Virus record (IMG/VR): IMGVR_UViG_3300036859_000816
Coordinates: 32,001-96,000 of that record
Direction: 5' to 3' (one strand)
Length of the DNA: 64,000 bases
Source: a virus
In this document: piece by piece, positions 55,421-64,000 of the stretch
Layout of the letters: every line of letters starts with the position of its first letter
Position numbering within the stretch: position 1 is the first letter of the stretch
Translations under genes and position numbers: made by a program
Notes under the pieces: model-generated
Database searches by the model: none
Seen by the model: the letters and a program-made list of their open reading frames with translations, nothing else
Told to the model about the DNA's origin: nothing

Positions 55421-55603
55421 AACACAATGAGAGGAAGACAAAGTGGCGAAATCTAAATGCGACCAATGCGGAGAAATCGTTGACGATATCGATGCGGGCT
55501 TTTCTCCCGGACTCCACGAGATGGCTCACGACTGTGGCGGTACGTGGCAGGTAGAAGAATCAGGCCAAGACGAACTGGTGCGCGCTGAAGAAAATGTCCG
55601 CGC

Positions 55604-55807
55604 ATGCTGACCAAAGAAGATCAGGAACTGTTGCACAAGGGGGCCAACGATCTGATCGCGCTCGTCAATGAGTTGCGTGACATGAACCCGCGGCTGCCGG
55701 AACGAACGCAGGAGCTCATCGAAAGCGTGCTCTTGAGCAGCGGCTTCGCGCATGGTCTGGTGTATCGTTTGGACCGACAACTTCGCGAGCAGCAAGGAGA
55801 GAGTTAG
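55604..55807 (+). CDS. Hypothetical protein
   Basis: 67-aa helical ORF. Confidence 0.5.
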   Translation: MLTKEDQELLHKGANDLIALVNELRDMNPRLPERTQELIESVLLSSGFAHGLVYRLDRQLREQQGES

Positions 55808-55968
55808 CTCGACATGATCCAAGTGGTGTCGAAACGGGCACGGGATGTACAAGGCGAGATGTAGGCTCCGTGTACGTTGGTAAATAAGACGGCGATGCCG
55901 CAAGTCCAACGGTCGGCCTACGCGACACTCGAGCTAACTTTTTCCTTCCTGCTGACGAGACGTGCGTA

Positions 55969-56466
55969 ATGATCTCAGTTGTCTCTGGAATCCGCGAACT
56001 GCACCAGAGCAGCTATGCCGACGTCGAGCGTGCGATGGCCGTTGAAATGGAGCGTGCTAGCGACGCTGCCAGAAATAATTCACCCAGCACGCTCCGCTTC
56101 GGAGGCGCCATCGGCGTCGATTCGGTTGCACTGCAAGCTGCACGTCAGCTACGTCGACCGCGTCATCGGGTCATCTTCGTTGTCATCGTACCCGGCAAAC
56201 TGACCGAACAACCGAAGTTCGCTTATCAGGTCGCGTTGCGCTGTGCCGATAACATCATCGAGCTCGAGTTTCCCCGCGGCGCCAAGTGGGCATATCTTCG
56301 GCGCAATGACCGACTGCTCGATGGCGCACAACGCCTCGTCGCTTTCACTGATGGACGCGCAACGGGCGGTACCGCGTACACGATCAAGCGCGCTCAGAAA
56401 TCAGGTATTGACGTAGAGCTTGTAACGGTGCGTTCATTCTTGCACCGAGTAGACCTGACAAAATGA
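55969..56466 (+). CDS. SLOG-superfamily (YspA/DprA-like) protein
   Basis: VSGIR, GGAIGVD, YLRRNDRLLD, TDGRATGGTAYTI. Confidence 0.8.
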   Translation: MISVVSGIRELHQSSYADVERAMAVEMERASDAARNNSPSTLRFGGAIGVDSVALQAARQLRRPRHRVIFVVIVPGKLTEQPKFAYQVALRCADNIIELEFPRGAKWAYLRRNDRLLDGAQRLVAFTDGRATGGTAYTIKRAQKSGIDVELVTVRSFLHRVDLTK

Positions 56467-56525
56467 CCATGGCTGGTCACGTCGATCTCGGATACTCCAA
56501 GGGCATCACGAAACGGAGTCGGTCC

Positions 56526-57017
56526 ATGAGGCAATCGCTGGTTGCGTTTATTGCTTCCACACTTTTCGCGCTCGTCGCGTGCAGTGCTGAAGGTGGCGTC
56601 GAATCCGAAACAATCCAATCTCAGGGTGAAACGATGCTCACAAAAGGTCAGATGATCGTCTACGTTCCCGGAATTCTCGTTCCGCAAGAGGAGCTCATTA
56701 GCCTCGGTCCGCCCGAGGGACTGGGCGGCGTCATTTTGGAAGGCTCCGCAGAGCTGTCCGGACGGATCGACTATCAGGCGGGCGCGCTGACAGCGGGAAT
56801 CTTTCAGGCCAAGTCGGACAAGTTGAAGGTCAAAATTACGATGCCGTTCACCGAGCACGGCACCATCATCAATGGCGTATTCCGAATGACCGACGAAACT
56901 GGTCAAACGCACGTTTTCAAGCCGGGCGACAGCTACCTGCTCAAGCAGGGCACAGTCGTGGTTTGGGACCAATTCAGTCCGATCCTGCAGAAGTCGTTTT
57001 TCAACGTCGTCGAGTAG
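56526..57017 (+). CDS. Lipoprotein with cupin (EutQ/DUF861-like) domain
   Basis: Lipobox LVA-C; AGIF...PFTEHGTIING...FKPGDSYLLKQG. Confidence 0.75.
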   Translation: MRQSLVAFIASTLFALVACSAEGGVESETIQSQGETMLTKGQMIVYVPGILVPQEELISLGPPEGLGGVILEGSAELSGRIDYQAGALTAGIFQAKSDKLKVKITMPFTEHGTIINGVFRMTDETGQTHVFKPGDSYLLKQGTVVVWDQFSPILQKSFFNVVE

Positions 57018-57038
57018 TTCTGGTATGCTTCGCGGGCA

Positions 57039-57332
57039 ATGCCCCAGCCCGCAAGCGTTCCGATTGATCTGCAAGCTTCGGTGATCGAGCTCGGATCAGG
57101 CTCGTACATTCTGCTGAGTTTCTTTCGCGACGCCTCAGCAGAGTCGGCGGTGCTGACGGATGCGGAGCGCCAGGTGGCGCTTGCGATATTGGCGGGACGC
57201 TCGAATGCCGAGATTGCCCGCATCCGTGGCACGTCGCCGCGCACGATAGCCAATCAAGTAGCGCACATTTTTCGCAAGCTCGGCGTGAAGTCGCGCTCCG
57301 AGTTTGTTGCGCTGAGGCAGTGTCCTCTCTAG
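57039..57332 (+). CDS. Small LuxR-type HTH regulator
   Basis: LTDAERQVA...GRSNAEIA...RTIANQVAHIFRKLGVKSR. Confidence 0.85.
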   Translation: MPQPASVPIDLQASVIELGSGSYILLSFFRDASAESAVLTDAERQVALAILAGRSNAEIARIRGTSPRTIANQVAHIFRKLGVKSRSEFVALRQCPL

Positions 57333-58228
57333 ATCGCCTTCTGCACGCGCTACGGGCGGCGCGCACGATCAACGAAGCGAGCCTTCGGGTCATGGATCTC
57401 GCGTTAGCGCCTCTGCGCGCTGACTCAATCGGGATCTACATCTACGAACCGAAGCTCCAAAGGCCCGCGGAGATTTACTTTCGCGGTGTGCCCGAACGCT
57501 TCATCTTTGAGTACGAACAGCTGGCAAGGGATCACGATCCATTGCTGGAGCGTGTGTTGCAGACACGCGCGGCCGTGCGTGATGAAGACGTGTATCCCGG
57601 TGAAGCCTGGAATCGATCGTTCTTGTACCGCGAATTTGTCCCGCGTTATCGCACGAAACATGTGGTTGCGGCTCCAATCGTTGTCGGCAACGAAGTAGTT
57701 GGTACGCTACACATCGGTCGATTCTTCGATGAAGGTCGCTTTACGACGCGGGACAAAGAGACAGCCACCGAAATATGCCGCGCTCTAGCGAAGCAATGCG
57801 GCACGGAAAGTTCTGCATACGAGTCGGATCCCGCTCCGCGTTTACATGCCGACCGAGCTCGACTGCGGACGCAGTTGGAAGCCATTGAACGAACTGGTAA
57901 GGCGTTGCCCGAAGACCAAACTGCAATGATTTTTGACATGCTTAAGCACAATCAGATCGCACCGATTGATTGCCTGGACAACGGTGAGCGGCGCTACGTT
58001 CTCTTGCCGCGTTTTACAAACAAGAATCAGTTGCCCGTTTCGCTGACTGCGCGCGAACGCGCGGTTCTTCGATATGTTGTCCGAGGTGAAAGCAACAAAG
58101 CGATTGCGTCGGAGCTACACTGCTCCGTGAGCGCCGTGGGCAACAAAGTCAGTTCTATGATGCACAAGTTCGGCGTTTCTTCGCGCATCCAATTGATTGT
58201 GCTCGCAGCTGCCCACGCTAGCGATTGA
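57320..58228 (+). CDS. GAF plus LuxR-HTH transcriptional regulator
   Basis: HDPLL...APIVVGNEVVGTL GAF; LTARERAVL...GESNKAIA. Confidence 0.85.
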   Translation: MSSLDRLLHALRAARTINEASLRVMDLALAPLRADSIGIYIYEPKLQRPAEIYFRGVPERFIFEYEQLARDHDPLLERVLQTRAAVRDEDVYPGEAWNRSFLYREFVPRYRTKHVVAAPIVVGNEVVGTLHIGRFFDEGRFTTRDKETATEICRALAKQCGTESSAYESDPAPRLHADRARLRTQLEAIERTGKALPEDQTAMIFDMLKHNQIAPIDCLDNGERRYVLLPRFTNKNQLPVSLTARERAVLRYVVRGESNKAIASELHCSVSAVGNKVSSMMHKFGVSSRIQLIVLAAAHASD

Positions 58229-60071
58229 CGCGACCATTGGGCATGATGGGCCAGTGTCGTTGCGACGCCATGCGCAGGACGCTGCATTGCAGATCATTCA
58301 CTTCACGATCGATCGTGAGATCGATGCAGCGCCAGTCGCCGTCCCACGCCTGAGATATCAGAGAGCGGTTGCCCGCCAACATGCCCCATGTGTTGAGCGG
58401 ACAGGGAAACAGTTCGGTGCAGTTCGTCAGCGGAATGGGCTCGGATAGCACGTTGAAAGGCTGAAGCAAACTGCGACCGACGAACCGGGTCATACCGAAC
58501 GCATCGAGCATGCCGTAAGCGTCCAACAGTGTCGGCAGTACATCGAGATGCGTCACATCATCGTTCGCGTGGGCTCGTAATGCTGCCGCTTGCTGCGCGC
58601 TCAGTGCACCGTTGCCGAAGGCAATCCAGCCGGGTACATGGATCTGTTCGTCGTAGAGGTTCTGCCCATGGTGAATCGCCTTGCGCTCACCGAAGGCTTC
58701 GCCGTGGTCGCTCGTGAACACGACGAGATACGGCTCGGACGCAACCTTCGCCATGAAGGCTCGGACAATTCGTGCAACAGAGCGGTCCTGCTCGACGATG
58801 GCATTCAGGTAAGCATTGTGCAGCTCGTTGAGCCTGGTCCACCGGGCCACATGAGTATACGGACGATAGGGTGCGTGCGCGTCATCGACGAAGTACGGAG
58901 CGTGCGTGCCGCTCAAATGAGCGACGAGAAGCACCGGGAGCTCGATGGCTGGCAGCTCACGCTCGATCTTCGCCGCCAGCATGCGGTCCATGCCGAGCTC
59001 GATCGTCTCGCCCATGTTCGCAATCGGTCGGCCGGCTACGTCGCTGTCGATCTCGAACGAATCGACGACATTCCGCAGGTTCGTCCGAGCAAAAAATGAT
59101 GGACTCTGCGTCGACCAGTACAGCACGCGCGGGCGATGCGGACCCAGAGCGTGCAAGTAATCGAAGACAAGCGGCGTAGACGCGATGTGCTGCACAGAAC
59201 CGACCGGTACGTGACCGCTCAGTAAAGCATTGACGGAGATAGCCGTGTAGCTGCTCACGCTGCGCAGTTGACGCAGTTCGACGCGATCGGGAATCGCTTG
59301 TGCCGTTTCCGACGCCGTCGCACGCGCGCCGCGCATCACGTAGTCGCTCGCACGCACACTTTCGTCCACGATGAGCAGTACGTTCGGAAACTGCGTGATC
59401 CGACTTTGCAACGGCGGTATCGACGCAGAAATGTGCGAGTGGACGTCGTGGGTGCGAAGCAGCACTCGAAGCGACCATAGAGCACGCACATCCGGCGGCG
59501 CCAAGGTAACCGACGGCAGAAGCACGAGAGAGCCGACCAGCGTACCTGCAACCGTCAGCACTATCGCCGTAGATGACCTGGGCACACTGCGCAGTAGCCA
59601 GTATTCGCTCACTGCGCCGAAGATGGCTGCGAGTACAACCCAAGGCAGGAGCGCGATCACGATCGGCTCAATGTCCGACCACATCAATCGTGCGCACACG
59701 GCCGCCTGATCGTCCACGAACGTCCGGTAAAACCGAAAGTATTCAAGCTGAACTACCGCAAGCGAGCTCGCGGTCAACGCCAATGCGCCGCGCGCTACTG
59801 GTCGCCGCACAAGCAGTGCGAGCAACATCCAGAGTGTAACGCTCGCGCAGGCTCCGACCGTCGTTCCGAGTCGATCTGGGTGGCAACCGCGCAATACCAG
59901 CTGCATTGCAGCGAACTGTGTGACGAAGAGAATCCAGCGAAACTTAGACGGAGTGCAGTTTTGAACCCTCTTCGTTGCCGTAGAGATCCATTGCATACAC
60001 CGCTGCCGTCTCAAGAAACTTCGACAGCTTGACCATCTGTTCGCGCAGCGCGTCTCCGTCCTTGTGTTCAT
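58218..60071 (-). CDS. Membrane-anchored sulfatase/alkaline-phosphatase-superfamily enzyme (LtaS/EptA-like)
   Basis: N-terminal TMs; LIVDESVR, SYT nucleophile position, HAPY, SDHGE; true start likely near 59906-59945. Confidence 0.8.
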   Translation of the reverse strand: MNTRTETRCANRWSSCRSFLRRQRCMQWISTATKRVQNCTPSKFRWILFVTQFAAMQLVLRGCHPDRLGTTVGACASVTLWMLLALLVRRPVARGALALTASSLAVVQLEYFRFYRTFVDDQAAVCARLMWSDIEPIVIALLPWVVLAAIFGAVSEYWLLRSVPRSSTAIVLTVAGTLVGSLVLLPSVTLAPPDVRALWSLRVLLRTHDVHSHISASIPPLQSRITQFPNVLLIVDESVRASDYVMRGARATASETAQAIPDRVELRQLRSVSSYTAISVNALLSGHVPVGSVQHIASTPLVFDYLHALGPHRPRVLYWSTQSPSFFARTNLRNVVDSFEIDSDVAGRPIANMGETIELGMDRMLAAKIERELPAIELPVLLVAHLSGTHAPYFVDDAHAPYRPYTHVARWTRLNELHNAYLNAIVEQDRSVARIVRAFMAKVASEPYLVVFTSDHGEAFGERKAIHHGQNLYDEQIHVPGWIAFGNGALSAQQAAALRAHANDDVTHLDVLPTLLDAYGMLDAFGMTRFVGRSLLQPFNVLSEPIPLTNCTELFPCPLNTWGMLAGNRSLISQAWDGDWRCIDLTIDREVNDLQCSVLRMASQRHWPIMPNGRVNR

Positions 60072-60168
60072 GAGACCATCGCGCCTTATCGATGAGCTGC
60101 TGCGCGGAGCGTAGCACGTCGGTCAGCGCGTGGTCCGTTTTAGCTTCAAACGTTTGGTTGTTTTTCAT
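59944..60168 (-). CDS. Hypothetical protein
   Basis: 74 aa helical. Confidence 0.55.
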   Translation of the reverse strand: MKNNQTFEAKTDHALTDVLRSAQQLIDKARWSHEHKDGDALREQMVKLSKFLETAAVYAMDLYGNEEGSKLHSV

Positions 60169-60378
60169 GTGTGGTGTTCCCTCTGCGTTGTCCGCATTTC
60201 TTGCAGCGGTATCGGTTAGGTGGATTGACTCGTTCCGGGCACGCGCATCGCCAGAAACCCACCGCCTTGAGCTGTTTTGGCTCCGCAGTCTTCACGGTTG
60301 CGTCCACCTGTTCATCTGCCCAATTCAGAATTGCAGAACGTCGCGCGCGCTTGTGCTGTTGTCGTCGGTGTCGGGACA

Positions 60379-60597
60379 TCAGGTCACCGCCGCGGATATC
60401 ATCGTTTGCATCTCCGCTTCGCTGACTTCGCGCCCGTACGCGCCGCGACGATCCTTCTCGACTCGGTAACGATCGTCGCCAATGTGCCTGAAGATCAGGT
60501 CCGCTTCGTGCCACAGAAACGACCGCGCACGCGATTGCGTTTGCCGATCATCGTATTCTTCCACTTGTCCTCGGCGCACTATCTTAATGAGAGCCAT
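60379..60597 (-). CDS. Hypothetical protein
   Basis: 72 aa. Confidence 0.5.
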   Translation of the reverse strand: MALIKIVRRGQVEEYDDRQTQSRARSFLWHEADLIFRHIGDDRYRVEKDRRGAYGREVSEAEMQTMISAAVT

Positions 60598-60669
60598 GAT
60601 TTACCTTTACTTATCGCGTGGGCTCATGGTGGAATTCCCTCGTCCCATCCGTACGTGTTGGGCCCATCG

Positions 60670-61215
60670 TCACCAGATTTTTGCGCCACGACCCATGAAG
60701 GCATAGTTCGTGCCGAGCAATGCTTTTGCGACTTGATCGATTACCCAGGTCTTGTGATGGTCGCCGTCGATGCCGCCATACCGGCTAATAATGTCTAAAG
60801 CTTCGGTCTGCCGCACGCTTGTGACCGTATCGAAGTCTTCACGCAACACCGACGGGATCGGCGCTTCCGGAAGTATGCCGACCGATCGCAGAAAGACGCT
60901 ACCTATGGCGGGTTCGACGAGCGCGGAGCCGAAGATGCAGCCGAGCTTTTCTCCGATGTAGTCCGCGTGGTGCGGTTTCATCGGCAGCGGCCGACCACTG
61001 TGCACGTTGAGCAGCGTGAAATCGATGCCCTGTTCGTGTGCTTCGTGGCAGAGCTTGATGTACTCGTTCATCAACCCGCAGAATTCGATAAACGCATGGT
61101 TACCGATGCGCACCGCCGCATAGTAGAACGCATCGGAAGCCTGCTGCATTTTCTCGAGCATGGCTTGGCGCTGTTCCGCGGTGTGCGTGTATGGCTCGTC
61201 AAGTTGTTCATTCAT
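60670..61215 (-). CDS. Hypothetical phage protein
   Basis: 181 aa; YGGIDGDHHKTWVIDQV motif. Confidence 0.7.
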   Translation of the reverse strand: MNEQLDEPYTHTAEQRQAMLEKMQQASDAFYYAAVRIGNHAFIEFCGLMNEYIKLCHEAHEQGIDFTLLNVHSGRPLPMKPHHADYIGEKLGCIFGSALVEPAIGSVFLRSVGILPEAPIPSVLREDFDTVTSVRQTEALDIISRYGGIDGDHHKTWVIDQVAKALLGTNYAFMGRGAKIW

Positions 61216-61439
61216 CGGCGCAGTTCCTCGGTCGCAAACCGTTCGAGCTCTGCAACGACTTCACGCAACCGCTGAGCCGTCTCGGAAACATTCTTCTCAT
61301 TTACCTTGAGAGTCCATGTTTCTTCGCTGCGCTGTTGGAGCTGTGATTCGTTGGCGTATTTGTTTACTGACTGTGCGTTCACTCCAGGCAGAGAGAAGGT
61401 CAGGATGACCTGTTTTTCAATAGTCGCTTTCATTTTCAT
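61212..61439 (-). CDS. Hypothetical protein
   Basis: RBS AGGAG; ATGA coupling. Confidence 0.6.
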   Translation of the reverse strand: MKMKATIEKQVILTFSLPGVNAQSVNKYANESQLQQRSEETWTLKVNEKNVSETAQRLREVVAELERFATEELRR

Positions 61440-61618
61440 GCTCCTGGTCGGCGTAGCGCGTTTCGAATTCGATGTGGTCCGCCGGCTCTGGAAGAATCGG
61501 CGGCTCGGGATCGCAAACGTGTTCGACGCGCCGCGGTCGCGGTCCGACGTCGACGTGAGCTTCGCAGCCGCACGCGAGCAGGCAGAGCCAACCGCCGCGT
61601 GCGTGAGGTCGACAGGTT

Positions 61619-61879
61619 TTAACCGGTTGAATCGTCATGGACTTCTCCGGGCTCACACGAGATTTCGGTTTCAATTACGTGGGGATAGAGTGTGAGAGCT
61701 TGCACAGCAATCGCATCGGCCTTGGCAACATCATGGCCGGCGCTAATCGCGGCAGCGAACACGCGCTCGTAAAATCCGAGCATTCTTGAGTGAACCGCGA
61801 GCTGAAGTTGATGGCGCAGGTTGCTGTTCTCGGTTTGCGCAGCCGCAAGTTGCTTGGCCAGATCGTCGGATTGACTCAT
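61619..61879 (-). CDS. Hypothetical protein
   Basis: RBS AAGGA. Confidence 0.55.
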   Translation of the reverse strand: MSQSDDLAKQLAAAQTENSNLRHQLQLAVHSRMLGFYERVFAAAISAGHDVAKADAIAVQALTLYPHVIETEISCEPGEVHDDSTG

Positions 61880-61886
61880 GGTTTCC

Positions 61887-62225
61887 TTACTGATTTAAGT
61901 AGCAGAAGCGCCAATTGTGAGTGAACCCGTCGCGGCCAACGTACAGCTTTTTCGCGCGCTGCGCTTCGGTTTCGATGTGTTCCTTCCACAAGCTCAGCGC
62001 GAAGTCTTCGAAGTTCTCTGGCGCCACCACGATGCTAGGCCAAAACTTTGTGCCATTCGGCGCGTCCAAGCGCGGCGAGCGCCAACCGCAGTCGCATCCT
62101 ACTTGAACGACCTTCACCGCTTGCTCCGGGTCATTCGTACCAAGCTCGATGTAGCGCCAGTCGTCTTTGCGCAGACCGACCAAGTAGCCCTCGTGGTGCG
62201 GCGCATCGTCATTTATCCAACCCAT
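61887..62225 (-). CDS. Hypothetical protein (HEG...CDCGW Zn motif)
   Basis: 112 aa. Confidence 0.65.
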   Translation of the reverse strand: MGWINDDAPHHEGYLVGLRKDDWRYIELGTNDPEQAVKVVQVGCDCGWRSPRLDAPNGTKFWPSIVVAPENFEDFALSLWKEHIETEAQRAKKLYVGRDGFTHNWRFCYLNQ

Positions 62226-62229
62226 GGTT

Positions 62230-63999
62230 TCACGTCCCTCTTTCGTGGGAGAACAGCTTCGGGAAGTTGTCGCTCAACTGACGGTGATACCGGCTCAGAA
62301 TGCGCTCAGCAACCCGCCACGTCGTTTCGTCGCTGTCCTCGAGACCCGTCGCACCGACGAGGTGCATGATCGCCGCGTCGGGCTTATTGAAGCCAGTGAA
62401 GTCTTTCTCCACGGCGCCATCGCAACGCGCGAGCATGTGATCGAGCGCAGCGCGAATCGTTACCTTGAGCGCTGCCGTCAGCTCCGGCTCGGGCCGGGCA
62501 ACCTTCGCACGCTCGCGACCCGCAATTGCCGCCACGCGTTCCCGAGCATGCTCACGCTCCGCCGCTGCTGCCGCTTCTTCGCGCGCCTTCATGCGCGCCG
62601 CCAGCTCCTCATCCGTTTCGGGCACAAGGCCGCCATCGGCCGTGCGCGGCGGCAAGGCCGGCAGCGTGCGCTCGATCGCCGCCTCAATGAGCTGCATCTT
62701 GCGGACGAGCAAATCATTGATATGTCGCTCGAGAGCGTGATCGCTAACGAGGCACGTGTACAAAACACTGTCGGCATCCTGACCGATGCGATGCAGCCGG
62801 TCTTCGGCCTGTAGATTCAGAGCCGGCGTCCAATCCCGATCAACGAAAATGGCGTGCGCGGCGTGCGTCAATGTCAAGCCGACGCCACCGGCCGGAATAG
62901 TGACCGCGATGCCCTTGTATTCGCCGGACTGAAACGCGCGCGCCACGGCTTGCTTGTCCTGCGTGTCGCCCGTGATAGCGAGCCAGCCCTCGCGCGCGGC
63001 CAGCGTATCGATGGGCGCACGGTGCGCCGAGAAAACCACGAGCGAGACGCCCTGCTCCTCGTAATCCTCGACCATCGAGAGCAGTGCGGGAATGCGTTGC
63101 GAAGCCAAGGCAGCGCGAATCGCCGAGAACGCCTCGAACGGCGGCAGATGACCAGCCTGGATTTCGTCTTGATGCTCGAGCCACAGCTCATCGAGCTCGT
63201 CTCGCAGCGTACCGTCCAGACCGTTGACCACTAGAGTCGCGCGGCGCTTCGGCGGTAGATCCTTGAGCACCTCGGCTTTGGTTCTTCGCAACATGACGCG
63301 ACGGAGCTTGTCCGGCACGTACGGAGCCGGACCAGTGAACTTCCACACGACAACGCCGCGCGCGACCGATTCTTGATAGCCACCGAAGTCGCGAACGAAG
63401 CCCTTCCAGCCACCAAACACGTCGCGATCCATGCCGCCCGCTTGTAACAGGCCAAAGAGGTCCTGTGGGCGCGTCAGGAGCGGTGTACCAGTAAGAAACA
63501 GCGTTCGCGAGCAGAGCTTGCTGAGCGTGCGCACCTTCTTCGAGCGCGCCGCTTTGGGATTCTTGGTTCGGTGCGCCTCGTCGACAATGAGCGTCACGCC
63601 CGCGAACTTTGCCGCGATGGCGGCGGCCGCGATCGGAGCGGGCTTGCTCTTGTCGACCGGTAACAAATCGGCCGGCAGGACGTCGTAATTGGTGACGACG
63701 ACTTCGCCCTCGGCGGGCACCAAGGCGCTCGAGTCAGCTCGCCGACCTTCGACGATGCGAACCGTCAAATCTGAGCGCCAGCGTGCCGCTTCGTCGCGCC
63801 ACGTGTACTTGACTGCTGCGGGCACGATGACGACGGCTCGCGCGCGTTCGGGAAGAGCTACGAGCGCCTGTAGGGTCTTACCAACTCCCATGTCGTCGCC
63901 CAGCAACGCGCGCTGCCGAGCCGCGATCCATTCGACGCCCTCCACCTGGTATGGGTAAGCGCCCACAGCGCGGGCTCGGTCAGCGGCGGCAGTGACAGC
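62230..63999 (-). CDS. SNF2-family (SF2) helicase, 5' end probably beyond window
   Basis: YPYQ, GDDMGVGKT, DEAH, LTGTP, MLRRTK, GVGLTL, QAEDRLHRIGQ; frame stays open to the window edge. Confidence 0.92.
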   Translation of the reverse strand, partial: AVTAAADRARAVGAYPYQVEGVEWIAARQRALLGDDMGVGKTLQALVALPERARAVVIVPAAVKYTWRDEAARWRSDLTVRIVEGRRADSSALVPAEGEVVVTNYDVLPADLLPVDKSKPAPIAAAAIAAKFAGVTLIVDEAHRTKNPKAARSKKVRTLSKLCSRTLFLTGTPLLTRPQDLFGLLQAGGMDRDVFGGWKGFVRDFGGYQESVARGVVVWKFTGPAPYVPDKLRRVMLRRTKAEVLKDLPPKRRATLVVNGLDGTLRDELDELWLEHQDEIQAGHLPPFEAFSAIRAALASQRIPALLSMVEDYEEQGVSLVVFSAHRAPIDTLAAREGWLAITGDTQDKQAVARAFQSGEYKGIAVTIPAGGVGLTLTHAAHAIFVDRDWTPALNLQAEDRLHRIGQDADSVLYTCLVSDHALERHINDLLVRKMQLIEAAIERTLPALPPRTADGGLVPETDEELAARMKAREEAAAAAEREHARERVAAIAGRERAKVARPEPELTAALKVTIRAALDHMLARCDGAVEKDFTGFNKPDAAIMHLVGATGLEDSDETTWRVAERILSRYHRQLSDNFPKLFSHERGT

Positions 64000-64000
64000 C

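Noticed and set aside
1-64000. tRNA, rRNA, IS transposase, reverse transcriptase/DGR, DNA polymerase, packaging ATPase
   Set aside because: No supporting motifs recognised by eye; tRNAscan, Infernal and HMM searches are needed for a firm negative

Overview
This window looks like part of a large (>64 kb) temperate bacterial virus or provirus; the host is inferred to be a myxobacterium (Myxococcota) from the style of its LuxR, lipoprotein and Cys-rich genes. The + strand arm (~1-35.8 kb) is a tightly coupled late/structural module. It contains a transglutaminase-like Cys-His-Asp enzyme, about 19 C-terminally membrane-anchored proteins without signal peptides, a protamine-like Arg-repeat protein, three beta-rich paralogous candidates for single jelly-roll capsid proteins (with a double-HNH endonuclease between the first two), a collagen-like spike, and glycosyl- and methyltransferases. 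The mostly - strand arm (~35.8-64 kb) carries a dual-specificity phosphatase, DNA methyltransferase, J-domain proteins, a PD-(D/E)XK nuclease, a GH73-like lysin, DUF1643, a tyrosine integrase, a response regulator, a host-like LuxR/sulfatase cassette and a SNF2 helicase. I recognised no terminase, portal, tail, tape-measure or packaging-ATPase gene, and no rRNA, tRNA or CRISPR array. The most striking signal is a motif, hydrophobic-x-G-L-G-[A/D/E/Q], found about 30 times (manual count) at module boundaries of the structural proteins. It matches the adenovirus-protease consensus and suggests a virion-wide proteolytic maturation code in a large tailless, membrane-containing phage. All family calls come from motif recognition by eye; no searches were run.
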